From NCBI RefSeq assembly GCF_024521635.1, contig NW_026250432.1:372001-436000 (forward strand): a DNA stretch of 64,000 bases, given 5' to 3'. The translations under genes and the position numbers were made by a program. This stretch comes from Tricharina praecox (lineage: Eukaryota). The notes beneath the pieces are model-generated. The model saw nothing but the letters and a program-made list of their open reading frames with translations. It ran no database searches and had not been told where the DNA came from. The stretch's first letter is position 1. Every line of letters starts with the position of its first letter. Shown one piece after another: positions 12,387 to 25,037 of the stretch.

Positions 12387-14306
12387 ATGTCATCATTTAC
12401 AGCCAACCCCTACCGCCACAATGCCGTCGAGTCCGACTCCCGGCTTGCCGATAGTGCTGCTCGGCTCTTCTCATATACCGATTCAGTGCGCGCAATACAC
12501 TGCGACGGCGGGTATAGTGAGTGACAATCATCCACGCGTATTCTCTAGCCTTTCTACGTGCTTACACACATTTTCAGAGGAGACACTACAATCGCTACCC
12601 GCGATCGAGGAATACGTGCAGGTATGTTTGCATCAGTCCCGGGCCTGACCGGCTGCGATTAGCTGACAAGTTCTGCTGCGTTAGAAATTCTCCGCCTTCG
12701 CAGGAACCCGCATCATGTACGTCCACCCGGCTGCCAAGTTGGCAACCACCAAGCTGCTGTGAACAATGACCTAACAGCCGCGACAGCATCATCCCGCAGC
12801 GGTTCTCGTGGGGCGAGCTAATGGTCTCGGAAGCCAGTCTCCGCACGCTGCTGCAGGGACTGGGAGTTTTCGGCGAGTTCTCGGACCTGATCCGGGCATT
12901 CGGCGCGAAGACATCGCCCGTCGACGAGACGTACGCTGTGCGTCCGATCTTCCAGAAGGAGGCGTCGGGTTCTTTCCGTAAGTAAAAAGCGCACCTTCCC
13001 TGCGATTGCTAGAGACGAGGCTGACGCGGTGTTGCTGCAGGTCTCTGCTACCTCGCAAAACACGTCGAGCAGAATAATAAGCTGCCCAAGCAGCAAGTGG
13101 ACATCTACTCCGTACGGCAGATGGCCGTCTACCACGGCTACGACGCACAGAACGACGCACACACGTTCGTGCTGGTGAATCCGTCCACCACGTTCCAGAT
13201 GCACTGGCTACAGGCGCAAAAGAGCGATCCGCAAGGGATGGGCTGGATGGATTTCCACGTGGCGGTGGCGTATGCCATGTCCTGTCGCTGGCGGGAATAT
13301 GTCAACCACCTCGAAGACAAGTTCGACAAGACTGTAACCACCCCTGGTCGGCCTCATACCCCGTATACAAGCTCTAACCATTACAACAGCACGACAAATC
13401 ACTCACCGGTCCGAGCGACGACGACCACGTCGCCTTCGCGGACATCCAGAACCTGCAAATTCTCAAAGACAAAGTCCTGCACCTCGAGCACGTGCTCCGG
13501 CTGAACCTCGGCGTATTCCAAGAGCTGCAGAGCCTTCTGCAGACAATATCCGCGCCGGAGCGCGCACTCACCGCGTGTCCCTCTCCCGCCGGCGCAAACC
13601 TCAAGATCGCAAATCTCTTCTCCCGATACCTGTCGGAAACCGCAGTCGCCGGGCAGCGCGCTGAGCACCTCATGAAACGCATCGATGGTGCGTCCACGAT
13701 GGTATGCCATCATCCATGCCCACTGCTTAATTCTCACTCCCACTCCGCTCAAGAAACTGATCTGTCATCCAGTTTCGTACAATCCTAGACTTCACGGCCA
13801 TGCAGAGCGCCCGCCACGAGAGCGAATCAATGCTGGTCCTGTCGCAGAAAGGACAACGCGACAGCAGGACGATGAAGAATATAACGCTCCTGGCGCTTGT
13901 GTTCCTTCCAGCTACATTCGTCGCAGTACGCAACCCCCTCCCCGCCCTCCTTTTAAGTACACACAGCTCATGCGACATACAGACGATCCTTTCGATGAAG
14001 TACATAAGCAGCACCCCCGGCGGCGGTCTCCACCTCGCAAACGAGATGTGGATATTCCTGATACTGACACTGCTGTTGTTGGGAGTGACGCTGGGGTACT
14101 GGAAGTGCTGGGAGCATCGGCAGGTAGTTTCGACGGATACAGAACAGCAGCGGGAGAGCGGGGGGGATAAGGGAGAAGGGGAAGTGGAAATGGGAGGGCG
14201 ACTATATGGTACAGTCGGCGGTATCGGAGGGAAGTGGTATGATAGGTATAGAAGTGCGAGGGCGAAGGTATCGTGTAGTCAGCGATGCCGGAGGGAGATG
14301 GTATGA
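12387..14306 (+). CDS. CorA-like membrane protein, copy B, 8 exons, apparently intact
   Basis: ATG 12387; splices in frame to TGA 14304-14306. Contains YSVRQMAVYHGYD, WMDFHVAV..WREYVNHLE, a helical stalk, then DSRTMKNITLLALVFLPATFVA/TILSM..MWIFLILTLLLLGVTLGYW, the two C-terminal TM helices typical of fungal CorA-like proteins. Confidence 0.85.
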
Positions 14307-14878
14307 TGTGTATAGAAGTGGGAGGGAGACTATAATGTGTACAATAGTCAATCGGAGGGTGAGGGAGATGGCAAGTACGGTTCTTCGATGGCGGGACAAC
14401 GGCGCATAAAAAATAGAATAAAAATAAAAACTTGAAAATCGCCGCTCGTCTAATTAGAATACTTGGTAGAACAAGTGCCCAGAATGGAAGAGACAGCGTA
14501 CTTACGCATTCGCAGGCGAGAGAGACTTGTTCAGAGGTAGAACAGTCAACGTCGGGAACGCGAATATAAGCTGGAGGAGGATACCCAGAACGGGCACTAG
14601 CCCTCTGCGCCCTGCTGCACCCCATAGGGAGTGAATACCTGCACTCTATTTCCAAGAAACGTGTCCATCTACCTACCTAGGTAGTCTTATGCTGCTTCCA
14701 TCTATTCTACATATCCACATCATCTTGCTACTGAGAGCACGATGCTGTACATTCTACCCCCCTCTTTGTATATATACCGTCTCCAAACGAATCCAACAGA
14801 AACATTTGACGCCTTTATATACTCCATTCAGTACATCACCACCCAACCGGTCACCAGCCATTCCTAGTAAATACTTTC

Positions 14879-17800
14879 CTATATACTTTCCACCCCCCTC
14901 GCTTTCTTCCTAACCTTGTAGCATTCTTTAAACCTCCTAAAATCGTCTCTCGCCGATTTCCTGCCGAACCTCAAATGGATAGCCACGTACTTCTGCAGTT
15001 TATCTTGCGATTCGCACTCCAGGAACGTTTCCTTCTTCAACGGAATACCAGGAAACCTCTTTTCCGCGGTGCTCGTGAACGTGTAGCAGTTGATGTTGGC
15101 GTTTCCCGTGCGGGTAATCGTGATGCAGCGGGTGGGCACGTCCTCTTTCGTCAGGAGTTGGTTGTCCCAGTGTACCACTTCGGCGGGGTGTTCGGGTTAG
15201 CAAGCTCCATCGTACTACTGGTTTCGCGGAGGGGGTTAAACTGAGTAAACACTCACAAGGAATAGAAATAAACGATGAATGGTCGCCTTTGGCATCGAAC
15301 AGGACCAGCCAGCTAACGAACTTGGGCGGAGCATTGCCCTGGCCCTGCCACTTTTCGCGACTGGGAATTGGTGTGCCAAGTTCAGTCCATAGCTGGACCA
15401 GATATTGCTTCCACACAAGCTTGGGTTCTTTGCCCGTCACTTTTCGTCCCAAGCTTCGCTTCTTTTCGAGCGCAACTTCGGCTCGCAAGCTGTTCCCATC
15501 AGCGATGTGGGCTCCGAGACGTTGGCGTGCACCTCCGCATTAGTTACTAACCTGAGGTGTATTTTTTGTTCTGTCAAGAACTGCTGGAGCTCGTGTGCAT
15601 CTGGGTCGGTCAGCATGTTCTGGGGGAGACCGCGAGGCGTAGGCTGGACTAACCGTCTCTAGTTGGAAGGCGAAGAGAAATCATGGGGATTTGTATACTG
15701 TATTCCGGATTTTCCTCGCCTCTGCCGGGCATGAATGCATAAGCTGGAATCATAACCGAGTTTGTTAAAACAGCTAAGGAGTAGTTATTAGAAAATTCGA
15801 ACTTGTATCGACCACCGAAAACTTACAGGGTGTTTCGCTGTATTGTCTCTCGTTATCATGCGCTTGTACCTTCAGCGAAACTCCATCTCCATCCGGCACA
15901 ATAAACACATTGCCCCCGTGTTGAAAGTCGCTCGAATCTAGAGACCAATAGATCTCACCAGGACTCAGATATGTCCCCCTTGGATCGGCGGGCGGCTCAT
16001 TTAATGGTGCTAGGACTTCCGGAATGCCGCTACTCAGGGATTGAGGAAGCGAAGATCCACTTGCACGTGAGCCGATATCGTTACGGATATCTGCGATAGA
16101 ATGGGTATCCGAGTGCACAGCGGACCCGGTTGCGGCGAGGTGAGACGCCAAGGGGCGTGAATCCCTTTCACGCAGTGATGCAGCATAACCGTCGATGGAC
16201 AGTCGCTTGGAGTGCTCGGAGGGGGTAGGTTCGGGACATGGTAAAAAGGATTCGTCTATCTCGGAGTAATATGCCCTAGCCGGAGTTGAACGATACAGAG
16301 ACGTGTCCTGGCGCGATGCGGCACACCTACTGGTGGATGGTTGGGCTGGATACTCGGCGGATACAAATTGGGTTGATCGGATGGCAGTGGCTATTGTACT
16401 CGAAGGCGGGCCGACTGACGTGTCCGGTGTGACGTCCCTCTTGCCGCGGAAGATGTCGCTGGCTGCAGTTGAAGGAGTTGAGGATCTGTCGCGGTAGTCA
16501 TCTGGTGGGGAGCTCTTTGGAGAATCTCTAAACGACGCTGCGATCGATACGGCCTCGTCTTCATCGAAAGTATGGCGACGAAAATGTGGGCTTTCCTTAG
16601 TCCCCACGCCCAAGGCACCATTTTGCAGTCCGGAGATCGATAGACTTTTACCGGTGTCAATGTGGAGTCTGCGGTCGGATGTGACGATGATATCGCTGCT
16701 CATGACAATTCGCGAGCCTACTATGTCGTAGCGAGAGTTTCTGGAATTTTCAATCAGAAATATCTTGTGCCGTAAACAGCTGGATGACATACGATTCGTG
16801 GGTTGGCATTAAACTGGCATTGGAGCTGGCACTTGTCTGAAGACCTTCACGGGCTCGATCTCTCTAATAGATAAGATCTTTCTCTAGTCTCTCCGATGCT
16901 CTGGCGGAATCCATACGTGAGTGGCGTTCGATCCTCAGCATGGATCTCAAAGTTTCCAGAACAGCCTCAGCGAACCCATTATTCCACAGTCGGGCTGACC
17001 GTAGTATTTTACGCAATAGTCGCACAACTTCAGGATGAAAGATGGGCTCACCATCGCGGTTAACCTGATAGTAGTAATCGGTTTGGTACTGTGGCTATTT
17101 TCGTGATTCGTAAAGCTGCTGAATCCCTTCCGGACCGAAAGCGGTGAACACAAGGATCTCAAGCAAAACACAGGCCATGGCCCAGTCGTCGTACTCCGGG
17201 CCCATATGGCTCTCGTTGGAGTTTCCAACGGGGCGGTACGCTTGTTCTCCAGGTCTTTGAGGAATCCTTCGTGTCTTTTCGGAACTTCTCTCCTGCGCGA
17301 TCAACGCCTGGCCGAAATCGGCTATCACGAGGGTCCCGTCAGAAAACACCAGGATATTCGTAGCTGTGGATATCAAGAAGACACATATCAGCCAGGGCTC
17401 TGGAATGGAAATGTATGGGTTGTGAAATACGTTTTATGTCTGCGTGATACCCTCTCCAACTGGTCATGCTCGGTGGTCGATGAAATTTGGCCAAAGCCTT
17501 CGGCATGCCAACGGCCTTGTCCCATATAGTGTTCTGGCATATCGAGTCAGAGGTATTGGGCTGATGCTTCCATGGCTTTTGCGCATGAAATCGAGCAGAT
17601 TTCCAGGCGCCAATGGAAATATGAAGTGTATTTTGTCCCCGCGGCGGAATATCTTCAACACCTTGATGATATGTTTCTCGTTTCCAAGTTCATCCCGGAT
17701 CTTGGTTATATTAGTCGCCTCTTCATTCAAGGATACTATAGGTCCGGTAGGCAAGTTGACTTCCTTCATCGCATATTTTTTCTTTATTTTCACTTCTGTT

Positions 17801-18571
17801 AGAACTACAGTGGAGTACTATATATATTCGGGTGCATGATTTGCTTACCGAATCCCCGAACTGGGGGTGCTCATATCCTCGATAGATCTGGAAGGAATAA
17901 ACTGTGCCGTAGCCGCCTTCTCCGATAAATTGAGTGTTGATGAACGGGAGAGCCCTCTTCGAATCCCAATGGTTAAACCACCGACCTTTGAAGATGGGTG
18001 GCGCGAACTGATGTCGACGCCCCAAGAATACTTCGAGAAGATTATCGACTGCTGCGGGAGGTAATCCGAATCCAGCCTCGATCTCCTTGAGATAGGTATC
18101 CTTCAGGCGCTCCATATCCAGTCTTTCGTCCAGGAGCGCGTCGCCGCGACCTACAAAGGCTCCGATGAGGGCTGGCAAACCGACATAGACGAGTAGAGCA
18201 AACAATCTCAAGGCATCGGACATTATAAACTCGAGGTAAGTGGCCCGTCTCTCGTATCTCCTTTGGAGGATGTACCTTTCATGCTTATCGCACCAGGCAC
18301 AAGGACATCCCAGAGTGGATTCAACCTGCTTTCTGCTCAAGACGCCCTGGATTGCGTCGAGTGGAAAGAACACTGGCTCATATTCGGACGCCGAATCGAC
18401 ATGCCCTACCTTCTTCAACTTTGCTAATCTAGTGAAATCAAGCTCCTCTTTGAGTGGTGTCGAACGACAGTGGGTCGCGCTATTGGAGGGATTCGCTGGT
18501 ATTCGGGTAGACTAAGATGGTAGCGCTAGTAGCATGTCCGAATGTCTAGTATCTGCCTTGGTGTCGGACAT
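14879..18571 (-). pseudogene. Multidomain Ser/Thr protein kinase pseudogene, copy B
   Basis: GEGGYG, AMKEV, YHADIK/PTNILV, DFG and DDWAMAC; colinear with the kinase at 30411-34135. In-frame TAGs at 18512-18514, 17095-17097 and 16864-16866, plus a +2 frameshift near 17580. Confidence 0.85.
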
Positions 18572-21500
18572 GGTAGGTACGGCTCATTCGGAACTTGACA
18601 AGACTGCGGTGGTGATTGTGTCAATGACGATTGTGGTGTAGGTAGTATTCGAAGATTTCACTTGAGCGCCGTATCGATACGTATCGTGGAGGAGGCGGGG
18701 GTCGCGGGATCCGGAGCCTGAGCTGAAAGCAGCAGAGTGTTTTCGAGGTCAGAAAGCGCGTTTCTCGTGGATCTCATCCGGCTGTAGCTCCGAAGACGGT
18801 TGTTGATCATGGGGGGTAAAGGTATATCGTCGAGGAGTCGTTTGGTCGCGGTGGGCAAACGTGATAGTAGCGAGGTGATGGTCCATCTGTACGCTGGGCC
18901 TTTGGGCGTATGACATAAGGTAGGTGCGCTAGGTTTCACCGACTTTCCGATGGACCATTCAGCCTCGAGTCCGAGTAGGTATGTAGCACTCGAATGGCCG
19001 GTGGTGGAAGCCCACGCATCGATCGGTTCTAGTGGTATCGGTCGTTCGCAGTCCCCTGGTGGGGGGGGGGGGGGGGGGGCTTGCCGGCCAACCGTAGAGT
19101 AGATAGCTCACCAGGGCAGACAGTTGCACCAATCTCAGCTTAGACTTCCATGCGCTGCGCACGAACACACGGTACTCCGCAGTGACCACATGCATCGTTA
19201 CGTTTGTGTGTAGTCAGTGGCGTCAGGCTACACTTCTCGGTACATCCCGTGTAGAGTCATAAGTGAGTACGGAGGCTGCGACAAGGTTATGGAGATCCCC
19301 TCTTACCCTCTTCACTCACAACTACGGTATTCAGGTCTACGCAAAGACAGCTATCAGCACGTGTCTGCCCAGGAATCCGGCACGTGACGTGTAGCCACAG
19401 TGGCGCTATGTGGTGGCTACAACCCATATCTACAGGTGATCAAAGCTTATCTGTGTTGCTTGACGGTGCGGCGGCTTGGCTTTCCAGGTTTGCACCTCTG
19501 CTTAGTCGACATCGCCTTTGAAGAATCACACATCGCTGCGTGCGCTCAGAGAGTGTCACGCGGCTGTAATGCCGACCATCTCAATCTGCCCCCGCCTCAC
19601 CCGCACCCCATTCACCGCCCACCGGATTTTGGCGGTCACATAGTGGGCGGCGACGGGAGCCTGGGCAACCTTGGAGAGGAATTTGATCTTGGGGTAGACC
19701 GGTCACCGATAGCCCAGTCCTGACTCCTTGAGATTTGTGTTCTCGTCGGAGTCCATTCCATACATCAATCAGGATATTGTTCAGTGCGCCACGACGAACC
19801 ACAGCGTACGATGGTTGATTGCCACGATGTGACGAGGCTCGCAGTTGTTTACGGCTGCGTGGCTTTGCGAAAATTAGGTAACCAAGTGGCTCATAATTTG
19901 CCGCCCCTCTGCTCAGTACATACGGAAAACACAGCTACACAAGCGTTCCCCTCATACATGCCCGAGATCGCACACTGGAGACCTGTTTACCGGTAAGCCG
20001 GAGTGACAATCTGAGACCGAAGATAGGGTACTCACCCCTGCATTAGTGCTAATACATACTCGAAGTACCCTAGTAGCGAAGCTCGTAGGCCTGTGATCAG
20101 CGCAGGAATTAATAGAGTACCTAGTAATTCATCACGATTCATAGTAGTCAGCGTATGCGCAGATGTGACACCATTTTCTTCCACGGATACGTCCGTCACC
20201 GACCGGCTTGGTTGCGCACACCTAGTGCATCCACTTCTCATATCTACCCGACGAGAAGGAATGCAATCCAAGCTAATTTAACTGCATTTACTCTTAGCAA
20301 CTACATCTAACTCGTATCTACGTGTCATGAAAATATCGAAGCATTTCCTCGACTCGAAAACATGCTGTTTTTTTGGTGTTCGCTGTCTCGCTCTGATGAT
20401 CTGAGATTCTGAGCGTTCCAAGCAGCCACGGATATATCATATCACTCGTCGGATCATTGAGATTTCCGAATCACAGCTCACGCAGTGTGACTGACTAAGT
20501 AGGTACCGGTAACTGGGATCGATCCAATCCCGTCAACAGCCCCAGGGCCAGAGCTACCGTACGTTTCACCATAACTGCTCCGACCGTTGTTTCCGTGCTT
20601 ACACATGTCTTCCCCTAGGTGGGGAGGTTTTAGAAGGAGCATGATGGAGGTTTCTGAAATCAAGAAAGTGGCGTCCGGCCAAGAAGCAGTGCAAAAATAC
20701 GGAAAGTGAAACCCCAAGGTGTGTGGGAGCGGACCTATGATAAGCACACTGCACGCAGCGGTCTGTCCACACTAACTCTTTTGAAGTAGATACCGGTAGT
20801 AGTACATTCCTAAATCTCATTGTTCAATGACGACGAACAACTTGTAGGTATCCATCATGATATCCAGGCGGGGTTGTTAGATGTACGTGCGTGCTAGTTA
20901 CTCTAGAGTACCTACGGTAACTCGTAGACTGCCGGGCCCCTCAGACGTCTCTAGAGATAAAGTTCCAGGTATTTTATAGTTCTTCCCGCCCGTGCTGTAC
21001 ATACCGGCAACTACTCCACCAACCTATCTACTATTACTTACTTCGGTACCTATCAGCGACCCGAAACCGGGGACGGGATCCAATCGGGCGGCGCTACCGA
21101 AAGGGTTGCGTACTAGGACATGGTGTCCCGCGTCTGCGGGCTGGAAGCGATTACAGGACGATTATTGTTTGCACCTATTGCAGCGTTTATAGGCTCGGTA
21201 TTCCCTTGCTTGGGAATGGAGGGTGTGGGAGCACAGTCGGCCCCGCCCCGCTGTCAACCAACTTTCAAATCGCGGTGGTTCAGTTTAGTTATCTATCACC
21301 CAGAACCCTGTTCTGATCCCGAAGGGCCCAGTCCGTATGTAGCGAACATGAATATCTGCGTTCGTCTTGCTATGCATGGTGGCAGGTGCGCATGGAGACA
21401 TGTCTCACTTCAGCATCTTGGCGCCTATCATTGGGTAAGCAAGTCTCGAGTACTCTTCATTCTCTACATGTCTGCGCTATTCTCAGGTGTCACCGTAGTC

Positions 21501-21827
21501 AGTGTCTGCGGCCCGCGAACTCGATGTTCAAGGAGGGAAGGAGTGAGTACCTTCAGGCCCAGGGCCAATGGGCGCATCGTTTCTCGCCACACAGGTCTTG
21601 GAGCGGAGGGGGAGAAGTGGGAGGCGGGAGAGGGTCTTAAAATGCGGAAAACAGTATGTTAAGAGGGGGCTCCGTGTTATTGTTTCTCATATCCTTCGAG
21701 CCTTCTATCCCATCTCTGTGCTCTGGATCCGATTTTTCCTTCATACCGATCCTATTTTATTTTTCATCGACTACCTCCGACTCCTCGCCCGTGTTCCTGG
21801 CCCGCAACTCTTCACAGTTTGACCAAG

Positions 21828-24290
21828 ATGTCCGACGAAGCCGCTCAGCAGCCTAGGAGAGGAGACCTTGAAACTGGGCCGCTGCCTCCAGGACCGCGGT
21901 GGCAAGACCCAATCGAATCAGGGATAAACAAACACGGCACGAACGATTCTCTTGAGGACATCGAGGACCCGAAATTAACACCATTCGACGTTGGGAGCTT
22001 CATGATCAATCGCATGATCGGTGTCGGAATTTTCACCAACCCTCCGCTCGTACTATGGTTCTGTGGAAATCAGCACCTGGCCCTCTGGGTGTGGTTCGCT
22101 GGAGGGCTGTTTTCTCTCATGTGGTTGGTTTGCCTGCTCGGCCCTCACCCCCGCCTCTGGGCCTCTCCCGTATATATCACTCGGCTTTCTGACGATCGTT
22201 AAGCTTCTGCGTGTACGTTGAGTACGGCGCCGCGTGGCATTACAACGGCGGGGAGCTACTATACGTATGCTTGTTGCATCATGACTGCTAGTGGACGTGT
22301 GTACCATATTGACTTCCGAGTTCATAGCTCGACCGGATATTCCGTTCGAAACGGATCAAGCGGCTTCGATACCTGCCCCCTCTGGCATTCTCGTTCTCCA
22401 TGATCCTTATCGGGACTGCATACCCAAACGCGTTCGGATTCGCGAAGCATATCCTCATATCCTTCAATCCGCACATCAAGGACCCGTACCAGCTCGACCA
22501 GCACGCGGTCAAGGGAGTCGCCGTGGCTGTCGTTACGGCGGTGACGCTCATCCTCTACCGAAACAAATGGCTAGCCATCCGCATGAATAGACTGTTTGCT
22601 GTGTATAAAGTTGGATTGCTCTTTGGGTTGTCCATAGTGGGATACGCTCACCGCCACGAGGGGGTCACATGGTCGCAACCATTCAACGGATCAAAATTCA
22701 TTTCCGGCTTCTTCGTGGTCATGTTCAGTTACCAGGGATGGGAGATCCCCTTCTATGTACGCAAACCTTCTTTGAAGAGATGGGGGGGATGAAACATCGT
22801 CTAACCCAGCCACAGGTCTTGGGCGAGCTCGCCGAAGACCGCTCGTGCAAGAAGATGCTCAGGATCGGCGGCATCTCTGCGATCGTGGCCGTCACGATGT
22901 TGTACATGATGGTCAACGTAGCAGTGGTATGTACCAGTACACAGAGCAAACTCGCGCGAGGAAGATGGACGCCGCTGACCACAGCCCTGCTACTCCCAGA
23001 TGGTGGTTTTACCGTTCGAGACGCTCGTGGGTGGTGAAGGATTGGCCGCAGTGGGTATATCGAGCACAGTAGTGGCGGGGCCAGCCAGCTAAACACGGGA
23101 CAGATAACCGAAAAGCCATGGGCCACATCCACGGCGGCGTTCCTCGTCTCGCTCTCACCGGTCGGAAACATAATCGCGAGCACCTATGTGTACGCCCGTG
23201 GTAGGTGCATTCGAGCGTCCCAGCCACCGGCTGCAAAAACTCCCCCGAATGAGACTGATTGATTCGGAACGAAAGTCTGCCAGATAATCGGGGAACAGAA
23301 GCTGGTTCCCTTCTGGAAGATCCTCCAGCGCAGGTCGAAATTCGAGCCCAAGACCAGCTCCGGTGGTTACCTGGTGCACTGGATCACATGCACTGCCGCG
23401 ATCGTCGCAGTCGCTACGCCGCACTATAAGGCCTCCAGCTCCTCCATCGGCATGCCGGTTTACGTCTATGCGCGTGCTCTGATCGTCGGTGAGTTGCACA
23501 TACATATATACCGTGACCTCAACGCTCACTGAAACCCGGCGCCCTAGCCATCATTGCCGGAGCTCTGTTGTACACAGTCAAGATAGACACGCGCATCTGG
23601 ATGTGGAGATTTTTGACGGGCGTGGTAGTGCTCGTGAACATCGCCGTGATGGTTATCACCATGATCCCGAGCCAGCAAGACAAGGACGCGCCGCTGCGGA
23701 TGTGGTTGCAGCCCGTAGTCGGGCTCGGCACGATGGGCCTCGGAATCCTGTGGGGCGTGCTTCTCTGGCCGCTGGAAAAGCCGCCACCCCCCGTTTCGGG
23801 AGACAATGGGGTGCGCGCCAACACTGCCAGTCCCGACGACACAATGCGCACCGCCAACGTCACGCCACGGAGCGAGGTCACCCAGATCACCGAGGTCAAA
23901 GTCCAGGACTTCGTGGTCCCGGAACCGTTGTTGAAGAGCGAAGAATACAACATGCTGCAGAAGCTACTCGGCTTCGCACTCGTGATCGAGCACGAGCCCC
24001 CGGAAGGCTGGCCGAGTGAAGAAAACAATCAGGGTAGAGGTAATCGTCCTCTCGCGGAACAAAAAGACGACCAGGCGAAAACAAAGGACAAGCACATGGG
24101 ACAGCCGAGGGTGGTGACTTACGTAAAGGTATACCTACCTCGACCTATCCCAAATCTCTCCAGAGTTCTCCGTTGGCTCACTCAGTGATAGGTTAGAAAC
24201 GGCGGGCTGTTGGGATTCCTCAGAGGCCTCACACCTCCGGAGTGGGTACGAAAATACCTGTGGCCCAATAAGGAGCGGCTGGCGGCCTAA
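21828..24290 (+). CDS. APC-superfamily amino-acid permease (Mup1/LAT-like), copy C, ~9 exons, apparently intact
   Basis: ATG 21828, TAA 24288-24290. MINRMIGVGIFTNP, GTAYPNAFGFAK, SYQGWEIPFY, LSPVGNIIAS. Same intron positions as copy A. Confidence 0.87.
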
Positions 24291-24415
24291 GTAGAATGGC
24301 CTCGCTCGCTCACGGGCTCGATTCAATCTAGGTTGAGATAATCGGTATATAGGCACTATGGCGGGAATGCCAGATGATGGCTCTCCTTAGCTAGTAAAGA
24401 TGAAGTATGTACCTA

Positions 24416-25037
24416 CAGTAGCAAAAAGTGGGGTGCGATTACTACCTAAAAAATACCGCGGTCATTTTAATACCGAAGAACTACCAGGTTTTTACTAAGG
24501 GCCCGTTTGGATGGCCTCAGTTTTAGCGAAAACTGTCAGTTTTTCGAGAAAATGAGCAAACAAAACTGAGACCCCGTTTGCATGGCACAAAAACTTTTTT
24601 TAAAAAAAAACTGAAACTGTGCGGCTCCAGCGACGAAACTGGTGCTAACCTCGAGAGGTCATTTCTTTGCCGCCACTCAGTATCGAATTTTAACTTCAAC
24701 CATGGACTCCCTTTACGGGAAGAGAAAAAAGCGGGACTACAATGTGTCCACTACATATTAAAGTTCTGGCGAAACCTATTATTCAGACTCATGGCTGAGT
24801 ATACTGAAAATTGCCAAACACTCTGTTCATCTCACAGTTCTCCGGAAACTGAAACTGTACAGTATTCGGTGTCCCGGCGGGGAACTGAATTTCGCTCTAA
24901 AACTGGAACTGAAAACTGAGGCCATCCAAACGGGCCTTGACCCGTAGTTTTGGTTAAGTAAAAACCTGGTAGTTCTTCGGTATTCAAATGACCGCGGTAT
25001 TCACCCCGTATCAATCGCACCCTACTTTTTGCTACTG
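24416..25037. mobile_element. Tc1/mariner/pogo-like MITE with ~80-bp TIRs, interrupted by a second MITE
   Basis: TA|CAGTAGCAAAAAGT...ACTTTTTGCTACTG|TA. Long imperfect inverted repeats; a second copy lies at 42185-42343. Confidence 0.85.
24499..24937. mobile_element. PIF/Harbinger (Tourist)-like MITE, copy 1, nested
   Basis: TIRs GGGCCCGTTTGGATGGCCTCAGTTTT / AAAACTGAGGCCATCCAAACGGGCCT, flanked by TAA and TGA (imperfect TSD). No transposase ORF. Confidence 0.85.

Noticed and set aside
12387..14306. Naming the CorA-like genes ALR1, MNR2 or MRS2
   Set aside because: No GMN motif and a paralogous cassette context; orthology is unsupported.
16864..18514. All three premature stops in kinase B are TAG, and one (16864-16866) aligns with TGG in kinase C, suggesting rescue by sexual-stage A-to-I editing
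   Set aside because: Editing cannot repair the +2 frameshift near 17580, the TAG at 17095 aligns with Lys rather than Trp, and neighbouring genes are also decayed. Revisit only if the frameshift proves to be an assembly error.
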